From the NCBI RefSeq assembly GCF_964213995.1, contig NW_027590357.1, forward strand, positions 248,001 to 312,000: a stretch of DNA of 64,000 nt, given 5' to 3'. Made by a program: the position numbers and the translations under genes. The notes under the pieces are model-generated. The model was not told the origin of the DNA, did no database searches, and worked only from the letters and a program-made list of their open reading frames with translations. Of this stretch, positions 48,544 through 61,205 are shown piece after piece. Every line of letters begins with the position of its first letter. The first letter of the stretch is position 1. This stretch comes from Mustelus asterias (taxonomy: Eukaryota).

Positions 48544-49169
48544 GGTGCGGGTGTCCTTGTGACTCTCCAGGTTAAACAATCAGTTAAATCTCACACAGAA
48601 CATGGGTACAGTCTCTCCCCGCTGTGAATGCTGCGATGCATTTTCAGGCTGTGTTACTGGTTAAAGCTCTTTCCACACTCAGTGCACTGGAACACTCTCA
48701 CTCGGGTGTGTGTGTCTCAATGCATTTCTAGTCACAGCAATGTTTACAATCTTTTGAACCCAATAGGCCAAACAAAAATTTCTCCTGCTAGATTCAAAGG
48801 TCGATGATATTTAGGTCCCAAGAAATCGAGTCACTCGGTCAGATCTAGATGTGATGTTGGAGATTTCTGTCTGATTTCTCCTTGTCTAATATCCTGTAAG
48901 TCAATTTAGAAAAAAAACATCGCAATTCAGAATACGATCGAAATTCAAATCTACATTTCTAGTTTATAGAGCATTCATTAAAAACACAGTCATGGAGCAT
49001 TAAACTTGCCGAGGCCTGTTCCCGGGAGGGAGGGAGAAGCCCCGCAGCTGCAAACCAGGGAGCTGACAATGATTCTGAAGGGTTTGCGGATCCACAAAGT
49101 GTTTCCAAATCCTCCCAGCCACCGCCTAACGCTGACTCCGCTTCTCCGGGACAAACAAGCGCCAAGGAC

Positions 49170-49760
49170 AGCAATGACACTGCGCATGCTCCACATCACA
49201 ATGCCCGGGGTGTGATTGACGGCAGCTCCGGACCAATAGGAAGGGGCGGGGCTGGAGGACCGAGCAGGAGCGGCTGGTCCTCCAACAATCGGAGTGAATG
49301 AGGGGCGGGGCTGGAGGACCGAGCAGGAGCGGCTGGTCCTCTAACCAATCGGAGTGAATGAGGGGCGGGGCTGAGGCGTCCCCATACAACGCACAGGAAG
49401 TAGTTTGCATGCGCAGTAATGTTACAGTCTGGAGCATGCGCAGTAAGCAACGGCGTTTGCCGCACGCACAGTGTGGGTGATCGCAATCGGAGCGAAGCTC
49501 CTCTGTCTCATCAGCAGCCGGTAAGGATGCGGAAACATAGAGGGAGTAATGGAACCGGCGGATGGACGTAGAGGGTTTCTAAATACCTGGTCAAGGCCTC
49601 AAATCTCGAAAATGAGCCCGTCGGTCTGTGTTTGCAGCTTCCGGTCTTTTTCCCGAGACGAGGCTCAGGTTAACGGCCGCCATCTTGATTCAGCAGGGAG
49701 GAGAGCGCATGCGCGGTGTCTTGGTGACGCAACAGCGAGTGGGCGGGGCTTCATGTTTCT
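49170..49760. promoter_or_regulatory. CpG-rich, probably bidirectional promoter between ZNF-C and ZNF-D
   Basis: Tandem 59/60-bp GC-box/CCAAT units at 49243-49375; several GCATGCGC (NRF1-like); GGCCGCCATCTT (YY1-like) at about 49675; donor-like CG|GTAAGG at about 49521. Confidence 0.72.
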
Positions 49761-52014
49761 GCTTCCCCTCCAGGTCCTAGCTCCCGGTCCATTAGCACAA
49801 TGAGCAACAGGTTTCGAAACAGCTTCACCCACCCAGGCTGCAGCTGCTGTTTGCAGCCTTGATGAGTCCATGGGCCATGTACAGATTCAGTGTGAGAGTT
49901 GAAAATCCTGTATAGTTACCTAAAGCGGTTACACAGCTTTTGGTTACACTTCAGCCCCGGGCTCCTCATGTTTACATAGAAACATGATGTGGAGATGCCG
50001 GCGTTGGACTGGGGTAAGCACAGTAAGAAGTCTCACAACACCAGGTTAAAGTCCAACAGGTTTATTTTGTATTTGCTACCAAGTAAACCTGGTGAGACTT
50101 CTTACATAGAAACATACACAGAAAATAGAAGCTGGGAGTCGGCCGTTCGGCCCTTTGAGCGTGCGCCGCCATTCATTATTGTCATGGCTGATTATCAAAT
50201 TAAATACCCTGATCCCTGTCGCCCCAAGAGATTTATCTCATTGAAATCAGGCTCTACTTCCACTTTTGAAGAACGTGAATCCAAAGATTCATGACCCTCT
50301 GAAAGAAAAACATCTCATCTCTGTTTTCAATGGGCAATGCTGTTTTTTAAAACAGCGACTCCCTAGATTCTCCCCTGAGAGTAAACATCCTCTCCAGATC
50401 CAAAACAGAAAATGCTGGAAAATCTCAGCAGGTCAGGCAGCACCTTTTCTCCCCCTTTGCTTCGCCTTTCCCCTTTTTTCTCCCTCCAATCCACCCTCCC
50501 CTCCCCCACATCTTCATCCATCACAACTTCTTCAGCTTCTCTGCTGTTTGGCCATTCACACTTTCTATTCTCTCTATAGACTGCCATTAGCATCCTTTCC
50601 CCTGGTTCCTGTGGCTTGGACCCATCTTTCATCCCCTCACAGTGTAAACATCTCCCACTTTCTATGCCTTTTTTATGCTTTGACAAAAGGTCATCTGGAC
50701 TCGAAGCTTCAACTCTTTTCTCTCCTCACAGATGCTGCCAGACCTCCTGAGATTTTCCAGCATTTTCTCTTTTGGTTTCAGATTCCAGCATCCGCAGTAA
50801 TTTGCTTTTACCTTTCTCTCCATATCCAACCTGTCAAGAGTTTTCAGAATCTTGAAGGTTTAAATTAAGTTGCCTCTTACTCTTTTGAAGTCGAGCAGAA
50901 GCTAAACTCAAGCAGAGACTGTCTCACTGCTCCTCATCAGACAATCCACCCATTTCCAGGTATTAGTCTACTAAACCTTCTATGAACTGCTTCTCGTAAA
51001 GCAGTTAAGGAATAATATGCACTCATATTTTTCCTGAAATAAGGAAACCAATAATGTACACACTGCTCCAGATATGTCTAACCAATGCCCTGTGCAACTG
51101 AAACATAATTTCCTTGCTTTTACTCAATTCCCCTCACAATAAATCACAGTTTTCTGATTCACTTGTACCTGAGACAATATTGCGATTTTCTATCGTGATG
51201 GATTTTGGATACTTTTTCTTAAACAGGGGGTTAGAAGGGGAGGATTTACACACATCAAGCTCAAACCAAGAGAAAAATGTTGTCTCTTCTGATATGGGCT
51301 TTCTGAATGGGATAAGTCGGAGGATGTGAATGGAATGTTTCCACTTGTTGGTGTTTCCAATACTGGGAACCATGAACAGACAACAGAGACGAATAAATCA
51401 AACAGGAGGAGATATTTATTTCTTGTTAGAATATGGAACTCACTGCGACTGGAAGTGGTTGAGACAAATACTTTAGATGCTTTAAAAAGGAAACCAGATG
51501 AGAACATGAGAGAAAAAGAATTAAAAAGTTGAGCTGAAAAGCTGAGTTAAGGTGAGCAGAATGAGAGGAGATTTGTGTGGATTAGAAATTCCAGTACAGA
51601 TCAGGGCAGGGATGGGAGGGTGGCGGCGGAGGCAGTGGCACAGTGGAACTATCACTGGACTAGCAACCCAGAGACCCAGGATAATGTTCTGGGGACCTAG
51701 GTTCGAATCCCACCACAGCAGATGGTGAAATTTAAATTCAATTAAAAGTCTGATGATGACCATGAAACCATTGTTGATTGTCGTAAAAACCCATCTGGTT
51801 CACTGATGTCCTTTAAGGATGGAAATCTGCTGGCCTTAACTGGTCTGGCCTACATGTAACCACAGCAATGTGGTTGACTCTCAAATGCCCTGTGAAATGG
51901 AGGGCAGTTGGGGATGGGCAATAAATGCTGTCCCAGTCGGTGACGCCCACACCCCGTTAAAAATGAATTTAAAAAATAGACTGGCCTGTTTGTGTATTGT
52001 GTATCTCATGTATT

Positions 52015-52305
52015 CATAGAATCCCTACAGTGCAGAAGGAGGCCTTTCAGACCACCCCACCCAGGCTATTCCCGTAACCCCACATATTTACCCCGCTAAT
52101 CTCCCGAACCTATACATCTTGGGACAGAAAGGGGCAACCACCTAACCTGAACATCTTTGGAGAGTGGGAGGGAACTGGAGCACCCGGAGGAAACCCACAC
52201 AGACACAAGGAGAATGCGCAAACTCCATACAGACAGGTAACCAAGGCTACAATCGAACCCATGTCCCTGGTGCTGAGAGGCAGGAGTACTAACCACTGTG
52301 CCATC
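52015..52305 (-). mobile_element. HE1-type SINE
   Basis: Family sequence. Confidence 0.8.
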
Positions 52306-52518
52306 CATGTAATTCTTTGTAAACTTATTTCACAGGAAATTGAAGAGAAGGATCTGCAGTCTGGATGATCGAATCTCACGTCAGACAGAGTCAATCGGTT
52401 CATCGGGATCTGAAAATTTGTGCATCTGAAGGGATTTAATTGACCATCTCAGTTGGAAACTGGTGAGAATCTGTTTCCTTGCCCCTCCTGTGGGAAGGGA
52501 TTGATACAGCTGGAAAAC

Positions 52519-54312
52519 ATGCTGACACGACAGCGAGCTCGCAATAGTGAGAGTTCATTCACCTGCTCCGTGTGTGGGAAGAAATTCATGTGTTCGTCCA
52601 ACCTGCTGGCTCACCAACTCGATCACATTATTCAGAAGCCTCTTCAAAGCTCTGACTCTGGGGAAAGCATTGAAACCTCTGAGGAACAGGCCCAACACCA
52701 GCTCCTTCACACTGACGAGAGACCGTTCAGCTGCTCCCACTGCGGGAAGAGGTTCAGCCAGTCCTCCCGCCTTGCAGAGCACCAGCTCCTTCACACACAC
52801 GAGAGACCGTTCAGCTGCTCCCACTGCGGGGAGTCGTTCAGCAACTCAGTGCATCTCACTGAGCATCAACCAGTTCATACCAAGGACAGGCCATTCAGCT
52901 GCTCCCAGTGTGGGAAGAGATTCACTCAGTCCTCCCACTGCACCGTTCACCAACTGGTTCATTCTCAGAAGAGACATTTTAAATGCTTTAAATGTGAGAA
53001 GACCTTCAAAAGAAGGATTAGTCTGCTGAGACACCAGGACACTCACACCGGGGAGAGGCCGTACCCCTGTTCTGTTTGTGGGAAGAGATTCGCTCATTCA
53101 TCTCATCTTCTGACACACAAGCGAGTTCACACTGGGGAGAGGCCTTTCCTCTGCTCCCTCTGTGGGAAGAGATTCACTCGATTTTCACACCTTTTGACAC
53201 ACAAGAGTATTCACACTGGAGGGAAACCATTCACCTCCTCAATGTGTAGAAAGGAAGAAGTTCAATCAACTGACCAGCTGACACACCAGCGAGTTCACAC
53301 TGGGGAGAAGCTGTTCACCTGCTCGGTGTGTGGGAAGGAATTCACTCGGTCTTACTATCTTCTGAGGCACCGGCGAGTTCACACTGGGGAGAGGCCATTC
53401 CTCTGCTCCGTGTGTGGGAAGATGTTTCCTCATTCATCCCAGCTTGTGATACACGAGCGTGTTCACACAGGGGAGAGGCCTTACGTTTGCCCTGTGTGCG
53501 GGAAAGCATTTGCTTCTTTACAACACCTGCTGAAACATCGGCCTGTTCACACCGGGGAGAAGCCATTCTCTTGCTCCATTTGTGGCAAGAGATTCACTCA
53601 GTCATCTGACCTGCTGAGACACCAATACATTCACACAGGGGACAGGCCGTTCACCTGCTCTGTGTGTGGGAAGGGATTCATTGGTTCATCCCGCCTGCAG
53701 ACACACCAGCGAGTTCACACCGGGGAGAAGCCGTTCACCTGCTCTGTGTGTGGGAAGGGATACACTCAGGTATCCAGCCTGCAGAGACACCAGCGAGTTC
53801 ACACTGCGACAGAACCGTTCACCTGCTCTCAGTGTGGGAAGGGATTCACTGATCCATCCCACCTGCAGAGACACCAGCGAGTTCACACTGGGGAGAAGCC
53901 GTTCACCTGCTCTGTGTGTGGGAAGGGATACACTCAGGTATCGAACCTGCAGAGACACCAGCGTGTTCACACCGGGGAGAGGCCGTTCCTGTGCTCTGTG
54001 TGTGGAAAGGGATTCGCTCAGTCATCTGGCCTGCTGAAACACCAACGCATTCACACCGGGGAGAAGCCGTTCACCTGCTCTGTGTGTGGGAAGGGATTCA
54101 CTGATTCATCCTATATGCTGAAACACCAGCGAGCTCACACTGCGACAGAACCGTTCACCTGCTCCCTGTGTGGGAAGGGATTCACTGATCCATCCCGCCT
54201 GCAGAGACACCAGCGAGTTCACACTGGGGCAAAACCTTTCAACTGCTCCATGTGTGGGAAGGGATTTAATCAGTATTACAGCCTGCTGAAACATAGACGA
54301 CTTCATGTGTGA
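52519..54312 (+). CDS. Tandem C2H2 zinc-finger protein, about 19 intact and 3 degenerate fingers (ZNF-D)
   Basis: ORF 52453-54312; first ATG at 52519; acceptor TTCACAG ends at 52335; true start uncertain. Confidence 0.85.
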   Translation: MLTRQRARNSESSFTCSVCGKKFMCSSNLLAHQLDHIIQKPLQSSDSGESIETSEEQAQHQLLHTDERPFSCSHCGKRFSQSSRLAEHQLLHTHERPFSCSHCGESFSNSVHLTEHQPVHTKDRPFSCSQCGKRFTQSSHCTVHQLVHSQKRHFKCFKCEKTFKRRISLLRHQDTHTGERPYPCSVCGKRFAHSSHLLTHKRVHTGERPFLCSLCGKRFTRFSHLLTHKSIHTGGKPFTSSMCRKEEVQSTDQLTHQRVHTGEKLFTCSVCGKEFTRSYYLLRHRRVHTGERPFLCSVCGKMFPHSSQLVIHERVHTGERPYVCPVCGKAFASLQHLLKHRPVHTGEKPFSCSICGKRFTQSSDLLRHQYIHTGDRPFTCSVCGKGFIGSSRLQTHQRVHTGEKPFTCSVCGKGYTQVSSLQRHQRVHTATEPFTCSQCGKGFTDPSHLQRHQRVHTGEKPFTCSVCGKGYTQVSNLQRHQRVHTGERPFLCSVCGKGFAQSSGLLKHQRIHTGEKPFTCSVCGKGFTDSSYMLKHQRAHTATEPFTCSLCGKGFTDPSRLQRHQRVHTGAKPFNCSMCGKGFNQYYSLLKHRRLHV

Positions 54313-55717
54313 CCGGCAAAGTTGGATTCTGTTGTTTCTGCGCCCTGAGATAAACAATAACAATTGGATCAATAGGGGAGGCAGCGGCACAGTGGAATTA
54401 TCACTGGACTCAGGGTAAGGCTCTGGGGACCCAGGTTCGAATCCCACCACAGGCAATGGTGAAATTTGAATTCAATTAAAATCTCGAATTAAAAGTCTAA
54501 TGACAAACCTTAACCATTGTTGATCGTTGTCAAAACCACTCTGGTTCAGTCATGTCCTTTCGGGAAGGAAACCTGCTGTCTGGCCTACATGTGACTCCAG
54601 ACCCACAGCAATGTGGTTGACTCTCAAATGCCTTCTGAAATGGAGGGCAGTTAGAGATGGGCAAGAAATGCTGGCCCAGCAAGTGACGCCTACATCCAGT
54701 AAAAATTAATTTAAAAAAGTTCCTCAGTATCTCAGTAACCTCCTCCAGCCCCACAACACTCTGTGTAAATACAAGTTGTTGATGATTATGCCCTGAGATA
54801 GAGAATGTGAACCCGATTCCCCTCGTCCACCAACACAGCAACTTCTTCATAAAAATTGAAGCACATGGGATTGGGGCGATTGTATTGAGATTGAAAACTT
54901 GTTGGCAGACAGTAAATAGAGTAAGAGTAAACAGGTCTTTTTCCAACTGGCAGGCAGTGATTATTGGGGTAATGCAGGATCAGTGCTGAGACCCCAGCGA
55001 GTCACCTGCCATGGGTCTTCTGTTTTTTTCCCCCCGTTTACAATGCATCATTTTTAAATTGTTGCTTCTTAATATTCTGATTTAAAACCATGGATAAGCT
55101 CAAACCACTTTTGGATAACCTGTGACTCCCTGATCAAGAATCTTACCGACCACTGCATGCTATTCTGGTCACCGTGTTATAAAAAAGATATCTCGGCACT
55201 GGAGAAGGGTACAGAGATGATTTTTAATGATGATATCAGAAACGTAGAAAGCAGCTCACCACCACCTTCTCAAGGTCAATCTGAGGTTAGCAATAAATGC
55301 TGGCCAAGCTCGCGATGTCCACATCCCATAAATGATTTTGAAACTGTGTTTGGTTATCTATCAGGAAAGGATTGACACGCTCACGCTTTCTTGAAAAATT
55401 AAGGCTGAGGGGGAACCTAATAGAGGGCTTCAAAATTATAAAAGGTTTTGAAATAGTGTTTCCTCTTGTGCAGAAGGGCAAAACTGGAGACCATCAATAC
55501 AAGACAGTCGCCAAGAAACCCAATAGGAAATCCAAGATAAATTTCTCCACCCAAAGAGTGGTGCGAATATGGAAATCATGACCACAGGGAGTGAAATGAA
55601 GAGTATCGATGTCTTTCAGGGGAAGCTCAACAAGTATTTATGTAACTCATTCAGGATTTATTTCAAAAAAACTAAGAACAATAAGGTGACAGGAGATATT
55701 TTGAGGCATCTGAGAGT

Positions 55718-55871
55718 CTGTGTGTGTGTGTGAGGGTGTCTGTGAGTGTGTGTGTGAGGGTGTCTGTGAGTGTGTGTGTGAGGGTGTCTGTGAGTGTGTG
55801 TGAGGGTGTCTGTGAGTGTGTGTGAGGGTGTCTGTGAGTGTGTGTGTGAGGGTGTCTGTGAGTGTCTGTGT
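55718..55871. repeat. Compound (GT)n/GAGGGTGTCTGTGA minisatellite, 20-22-bp unit
   Basis: Directly visible. Confidence 0.95.
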
Positions 55872-56344
55872 TACTTCTCATTGGTTTCACACCAACCTTC
55901 CTCTTTCTGAGCAGACATTCTGGCCCCTGATAAACCCATTGAGTGATTTGAATGGTACAATTCAGAGATTCTTCATCCAGGGTGAAACCACAGGCTGACT
56001 GTGTGCTGTGTAAAACCAGACATCTACACAACCTAATCCCACCTCTCCTGGAACAACGTGAAGTGACTACAATTTTCCAGATTGATTTCTTTGCTCTCAA
56101 TATTCTTTCAGATAGTTCATAAATTCCATGAGTACGTTATCCTTTAACACCCCTATGGTGTCCAGTTTAAATACTTTCCTCAGTCTGACCAACATATAGC
56201 AATGGGATTGCTGCTATTACAGGGATCCATTCTGTAAATCTGATTCCTGGCTCTCTGGAGTAATGCATTGATCCAGACCTTCCCACTCAACACCAATCCA
56301 TATCCCCATCTGAGTTCCAGATTTTAATATGATTTCTCAAAACA

Positions 56345-57310
56345 CAGGCAGCAAAGTGGCACAGTGATCAGCAGTGCCAGGGACCCGAGTTCAATTCTGG
56401 CCTCAGGTGTTACAAGGAAGCTTACATTAACACTGCAATGAAGTTACTGTGAAAATCCCCTAGTCGTCACGCTTGGCGCCTGTTCAGGTGCACTGAAGGA
56501 GAATTTAGCACGGCCAATGCAGCTAAGCAGCATGTCTTTCGGACTGTGGTAGGAAACCTGAGCACCCAGAGGAAACCCATGCAGCTACAGAGAGAACGTG
56601 CAAACTCCACACAGTCACCCAAGACTGGAATTGAACCGGATCCCTGGCACTCTGAGGTAGCAGTGCTAACCACTGTGCCACAGCTCTCTGTGTGGAGTTT
56701 GCACGTTCTCCCTGTGTCTGCATGAGGTTGCTCAGAGTGCTCCGATTTCATCCCACACTCCAAAGATGTGTAGGTTAGGTGGATTGGCCATGGCAAATTG
56801 CCTCTTAGTGTATGGGTTGGGGGAATTAATGGGGTAAATACATGTCACACAAAATCCTCCTTCATCTCAAACTATAAATCTCTGTCCCCACAGACTTCCT
56901 CCTTCCTAAAGTAAAGTTTATTTATAAGTCACAAGTAAGGCTTACATTAACACTGCAATGAAGTTACTGTGAAATTCCCCTAATTGCCACCATCCGGCGC
57001 CTGTTCGGGTCAATGCACCTAATCAGCATGTCTTTCAGACTGTGGGAGGAAACTGGAGCACCTGGAGGAAACTCATGCAGGCCTATTGATATGATTCTCT
57101 GCCCACTGAGGTGGTGGAGGCTACCTCGCTGAATATGTTTAAAGCGCGGATGGATGGATTCCTGATCGGTAAGGGAATTAAGGGTTATGGGGATCAGGCG
57201 GGTAAGTGGTACTGATCCACGTCAGATCAGCCATGACCTTATTGAATGGCGGGGCAGGCTCGAGGGGCTAGATGCCGACTCCTGCTCCTATTTCTTATGT
57301 TCTTATGATT
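56345..57310. mobile_element. Nested HE1-related SINEs and a CR1 tail
   Basis: A plus-strand SINE interrupted by a minus-strand SINE (about 56410-56682); another partial minus copy at 56912-57080; CR1 3' end at 57085-57308. Confidence 0.7.
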
Positions 57311-57589
57311 GATTGTAACACTATCCTCCACCTTCTTTTTCCCCAGTTCTCCTCCCCTGAAGGTGCTGACTCTCGGGATCAGTTTCACACTCACCTGCTG
57401 CCTTCCCCAATATCACCCAAGTGTCTAAATCTTTCCACCTGAAGTTAACAAACTGTTTTGTAAAGGGGACATCCCAATCCAATCCAGTGACTCCCCACAT
57501 GTACTTTGTGTCAGGGTGGGGTCACTGTGCCCCCCACTCCCACTTTCCATCACAGTCCCAGGAGTTTAGAGACTGGGCTCCGGATGAGC

Positions 57590-57865
57590 AATGGCGGCCG
57601 CAGCTCCCATAATCGCCCACGATGGAGAAACCGCTCTATCCACCACGCGGGCGGGCCACATTGGACTGCGCATGTCCAGAGGAGAGGGGCAGCCGCGCAT
57701 GTGCAAAGAGAGCTCACCTCCTGACCTTCATGCTGAAGTGTTGACCAATGGAAAGAGTTGGAGGACCGGAAGTACTCTGGTCCTCCAGTCAATCAGAGCG
57801 CGGGCGTTTTGTGAATGAACATGGAGATGCAGTCAGACAAAATCTTCCTGCTCTCTCTGTGAGTA
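57590..57865 (+). promoter_or_regulatory. Promoter/first exon of ZNF-E
   Basis: Inverted paralog of 36045-36190 (CCAATGG.AAGAGTTGGAGGACCGGAAG...GGTCCTCCAG.CAATCAGAGCGCGGGC); donor GTGAGT at about 57859. Confidence 0.65.
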
Positions 57866-58660
57866 AAACACTTTATTTTCTCCCCCTTTCAATTTATTTT
57901 CTCCCCCTTTCAATTTATTTTCTCATTCTGGGGAACATTGGGGACTTGCAGTAACTGAAGGGAAAGGAAGTGAATTCAGTCTGTACATTCCACACATTTT
58001 TACTCCAGTAATGTAGACATTTATCTGTTTGACAGCCTGCATGGAGATTTTCAGCTCTCTGTGGCCAGGACAGGAAGCAGTGAGCATGGATCTGTCAATC
58101 AGCCTCAATCAGCACCTTCAGGAGAATTGGGAGGGTGAATATTAGATACAACAAGAGTGAGAATGGAGGGAGAGTGTGTGGAGATTCACAGCTTTTGGGA
58201 AATGAGGGAGGAAAGAATGTTCCACAGAAAGTAGAATTGTCTCTTCTGAATTTCTATCTTGTATTGACAGTGATGACTTTAATAAATTCCTTTTACAGAA
58301 TATCAGAAGGTGAGGATTTACAGACAGTAATCTCAAAGCAAATGTCACATCAATATCTGACAGAGTCATTCAATTCATCATGTCCTGAACATCATCAGCC
58401 TTTGTACCTAGAAGGAGAAATATTTCTCTGTTCTTTTTGCTTCTGGAGATTTTAAACATCAGCGTGACTGGGAATTTACCAAGTCTCACGCACACACCTG
58501 AGTGAGAGTGTTCCAGTGCACTGACTGTGGAAAGAGCTTTAACCAGTGACACAGTCTGAAAAAAACATTGCGGCATTCACAGTGGGGAGAGACTGTACCC
58601 GTGTTCTGTGTGAGATTTAACTGATTGTTTAACCTGGAGAGTCACAAGGACACCCGAACC

Positions 58661-59419
58661 ATAGAGAAACCGTGGAAATGTGGGGACTGTGGGAAGGGAT
58701 TCAGGTTCCCATCTGAGCTGGAAATTCATCGACGCAGTCACACTGGGGAGAGACCGTTCACCTGCTGTGTGTGTGGAAAGGGATTCTATGATTCATCCAA
58801 CCTGCAAACACACCAACGAATTCACACAGGGAAGAGACCATTCACCTGTTCTGATTGTGGCACCGGATTTACTCAGTTATGTCATCTGCAGACACACCAG
58901 CAAATTCACACTGCGGAGAGACCATTTACCTGTCCTGTGTGTGGGAAGGGATTCACTGACTTATCCAGCCTGCGGATACACCAGCGAGTACATTCCGGGG
59001 AGAGGCCGTTCAACTGTCCTGTGTGTGGGGAAGGATTCACTTGGTTATCCAGCATGCGCAGACACAGAGTCACTCACAGCAATGAGAGACCCTATAAATG
59101 CTCTGAATGTGGGAGCGACTTCAAAAGCTCTCAGGTTCTGATGTCCCACCAGCGCATTCACACTGAGGAGAGACCGTTCAGTTGCTCTCACTGCTCAAAG
59201 AGATTTAGAATGTCATCCTATCTGCGGGTACACCAGCGAGTTCACACTGGGGAGAAACAATTCACTTGCTCTGCCTGTGGAAAGGGATTCACTCAGTTAA
59301 CCAATCTGCAGAGACACCAGCGAGTTCATACCGGGGAGAGGCCATTCACCTGCACCGTATGTGGGAACGGGTTCACTCAGTCATCCCACCTGCAGACACA
59401 CCAACGAGTTCACAAGTGA
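58661..59419 (+). pseudogene. C2H2 zinc-finger gene, 9 fingers, family start ATG changed to ATA (ZNF-E); status uncertain
   Basis: ACC ATA GAG AAA here versus ACC ATG GAG AAA in ZNF-A, -B and -C; all fingers intact. Confidence 0.65.
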
Positions 59420-60374
59420 TCACAGGGGTTGAATTCTGCTGTTATTGCTGCTGTTAATCACATCCGGGACTGGGCTCATTGGCAGGCTCTTTAACAGAAA
59501 GTGAGTCCCTCTAAGGTAATTGGCAAAAGAGCCAGAGGGGGAGATGAGACTTTATTTTTGACACAGCGATCTTAGAAAATGGGGTTCAGGGAGTCAATTA
59601 GCCCTTTCTCCCCTTTTCCCAAACTCTGAAATGATTGCCAGTGATAACCCTTATTGGTGACAGTGGTTAGATTCTATTCAGTATCAATAAGAGCTGACGC
59701 AGGCTAATGTCTGAGCAGTCGTATCAAAGTGCAGCAGCATTACCATTACACTCTGGGTAGAAGCAGCATCTCCACGGAAATGCTCCCTGCTCTGCCCCAA
59801 ATGCCATGGCACCAGTTAATGCAATATGTGAAACCTCGACTAATCTCTGTGCTCGGGGAATCCCTCCTTATACTTTGTTACATCACAAAGTCTATGGAGA
59901 CTGATTTAACCCAATCATTGCCGAGCCAACATTTGAACGGACCAATTACAAAACCAAATAGTGCAAAGGGACAAGAGGGACATGAGTCCCTGGAAGGTGT
60001 TGAAGATAATTTTCTGCAGCAGTGTGTTTCTGCTCCAATGAGAGGGCAGGCACTGCTGGACCTGGTTCTGGGGAATGAGTTGGCCCAAGTGGATCAAATA
60101 TCAGCGGGAGAGCATTGAGGGAAGAGTGACCATTGTATCATAATGTTCAGGTTGGCCATGGAAAAGGACAAGGAACGATCCAGAACAGGGATCATTAATC
60201 AAGGGAAAGCCTCACCTTCGATGGGATGAGAATGGATCTGAGTCGAGTGAGTTGGAATCAAATGTTGGCAGAAAAGCTGATGGCTGAACAATGGGTCACC
60301 TTTAAGGAAAATCTATTGCGGGCAATGTCAGGGTATATTCCCTTAAAGGTGAAGGTTGGAGAACTAAATCCAGG

Positions 60375-61205
60375 GAACCAAATCGTCAAACCTGGAGAGT
60401 TACAAGGCCGTCCATACCCTGACGATATGATGGAAATGTGGGGATTGTCGGAAAGGATTCCATGCCCCCTGTGAACTGGAAACCCATCGACCCAGGCACA
60501 GCAGAAAGAGGCGTCCATCTGCTCTGTGTGTGGGAAGGGATTCATTGATTCATCCACTCTGCAGCGACACCAGCGAGTTCACACTGGGGAGAGGCCATTC
60601 ACCTGCTCTGTGTGGGGGAAGGGATTCATTGATTCATCCACTCTGCAGCAACACCAGCGAGTTCACACTGGGGAGAGGCCATTCACCTGCTCTGTGTGGG
60701 GGAAGAGATTCAGTAATTCCTCCAATCTGCTGATATACCAGCAAGTTCACACTGGGGAGAAACCGTTCACTTGTTCAGAGTGTGGGAAGGGACTCAATGA
60801 CTCATCAACCCTGCTGATACACCAGCACATTCACACGGGAGAGAGGCCATTCCCCTACTCTGAGTGTAGGAAGGGATTCACTCAGTTATCCAATCTGCTG
60901 AGACACCAGTGCACTCACACCAATGAGAAAACATTTAAATGCTCTGATTGTGGGAGTTGCTTCAGAAACTCTGCCGACCTGAAGGTCCACCAGTGCATTC
61001 ATACTGGGGAGAGACCATTCTGCTGCTCTCGCTGCACAAGGAGGTTTCAAACGTCATCCAACCGACTGAGCCATTGGCGAGTTCACACTGGGGAGAGGCC
61101 TTTCACCCGCCCTGTGTGTGGATGGGATTCACTTGGTCATCGGAGCTGCTGGGACACCAGAGCAGTCACACTGATTGGAGCCTTTCTTGATGCTCTGACT
61201 GTGGG
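60375..61205 (+). pseudogene. C2H2 zinc-finger pseudogene (ZNF-F)
   Basis: Cys-to-Trp/Tyr/Arg substitutions, frameshifts, 5' end joined to a CR1 endonuclease fragment (about 59990-60370). Confidence 0.85.

Noticed and set aside
32212-54312. Regular repeats that might suggest a CRISPR-like array
   Set aside because: They are coding C2H2 finger units in a vertebrate genome, with no unique spacers and no cas genes.
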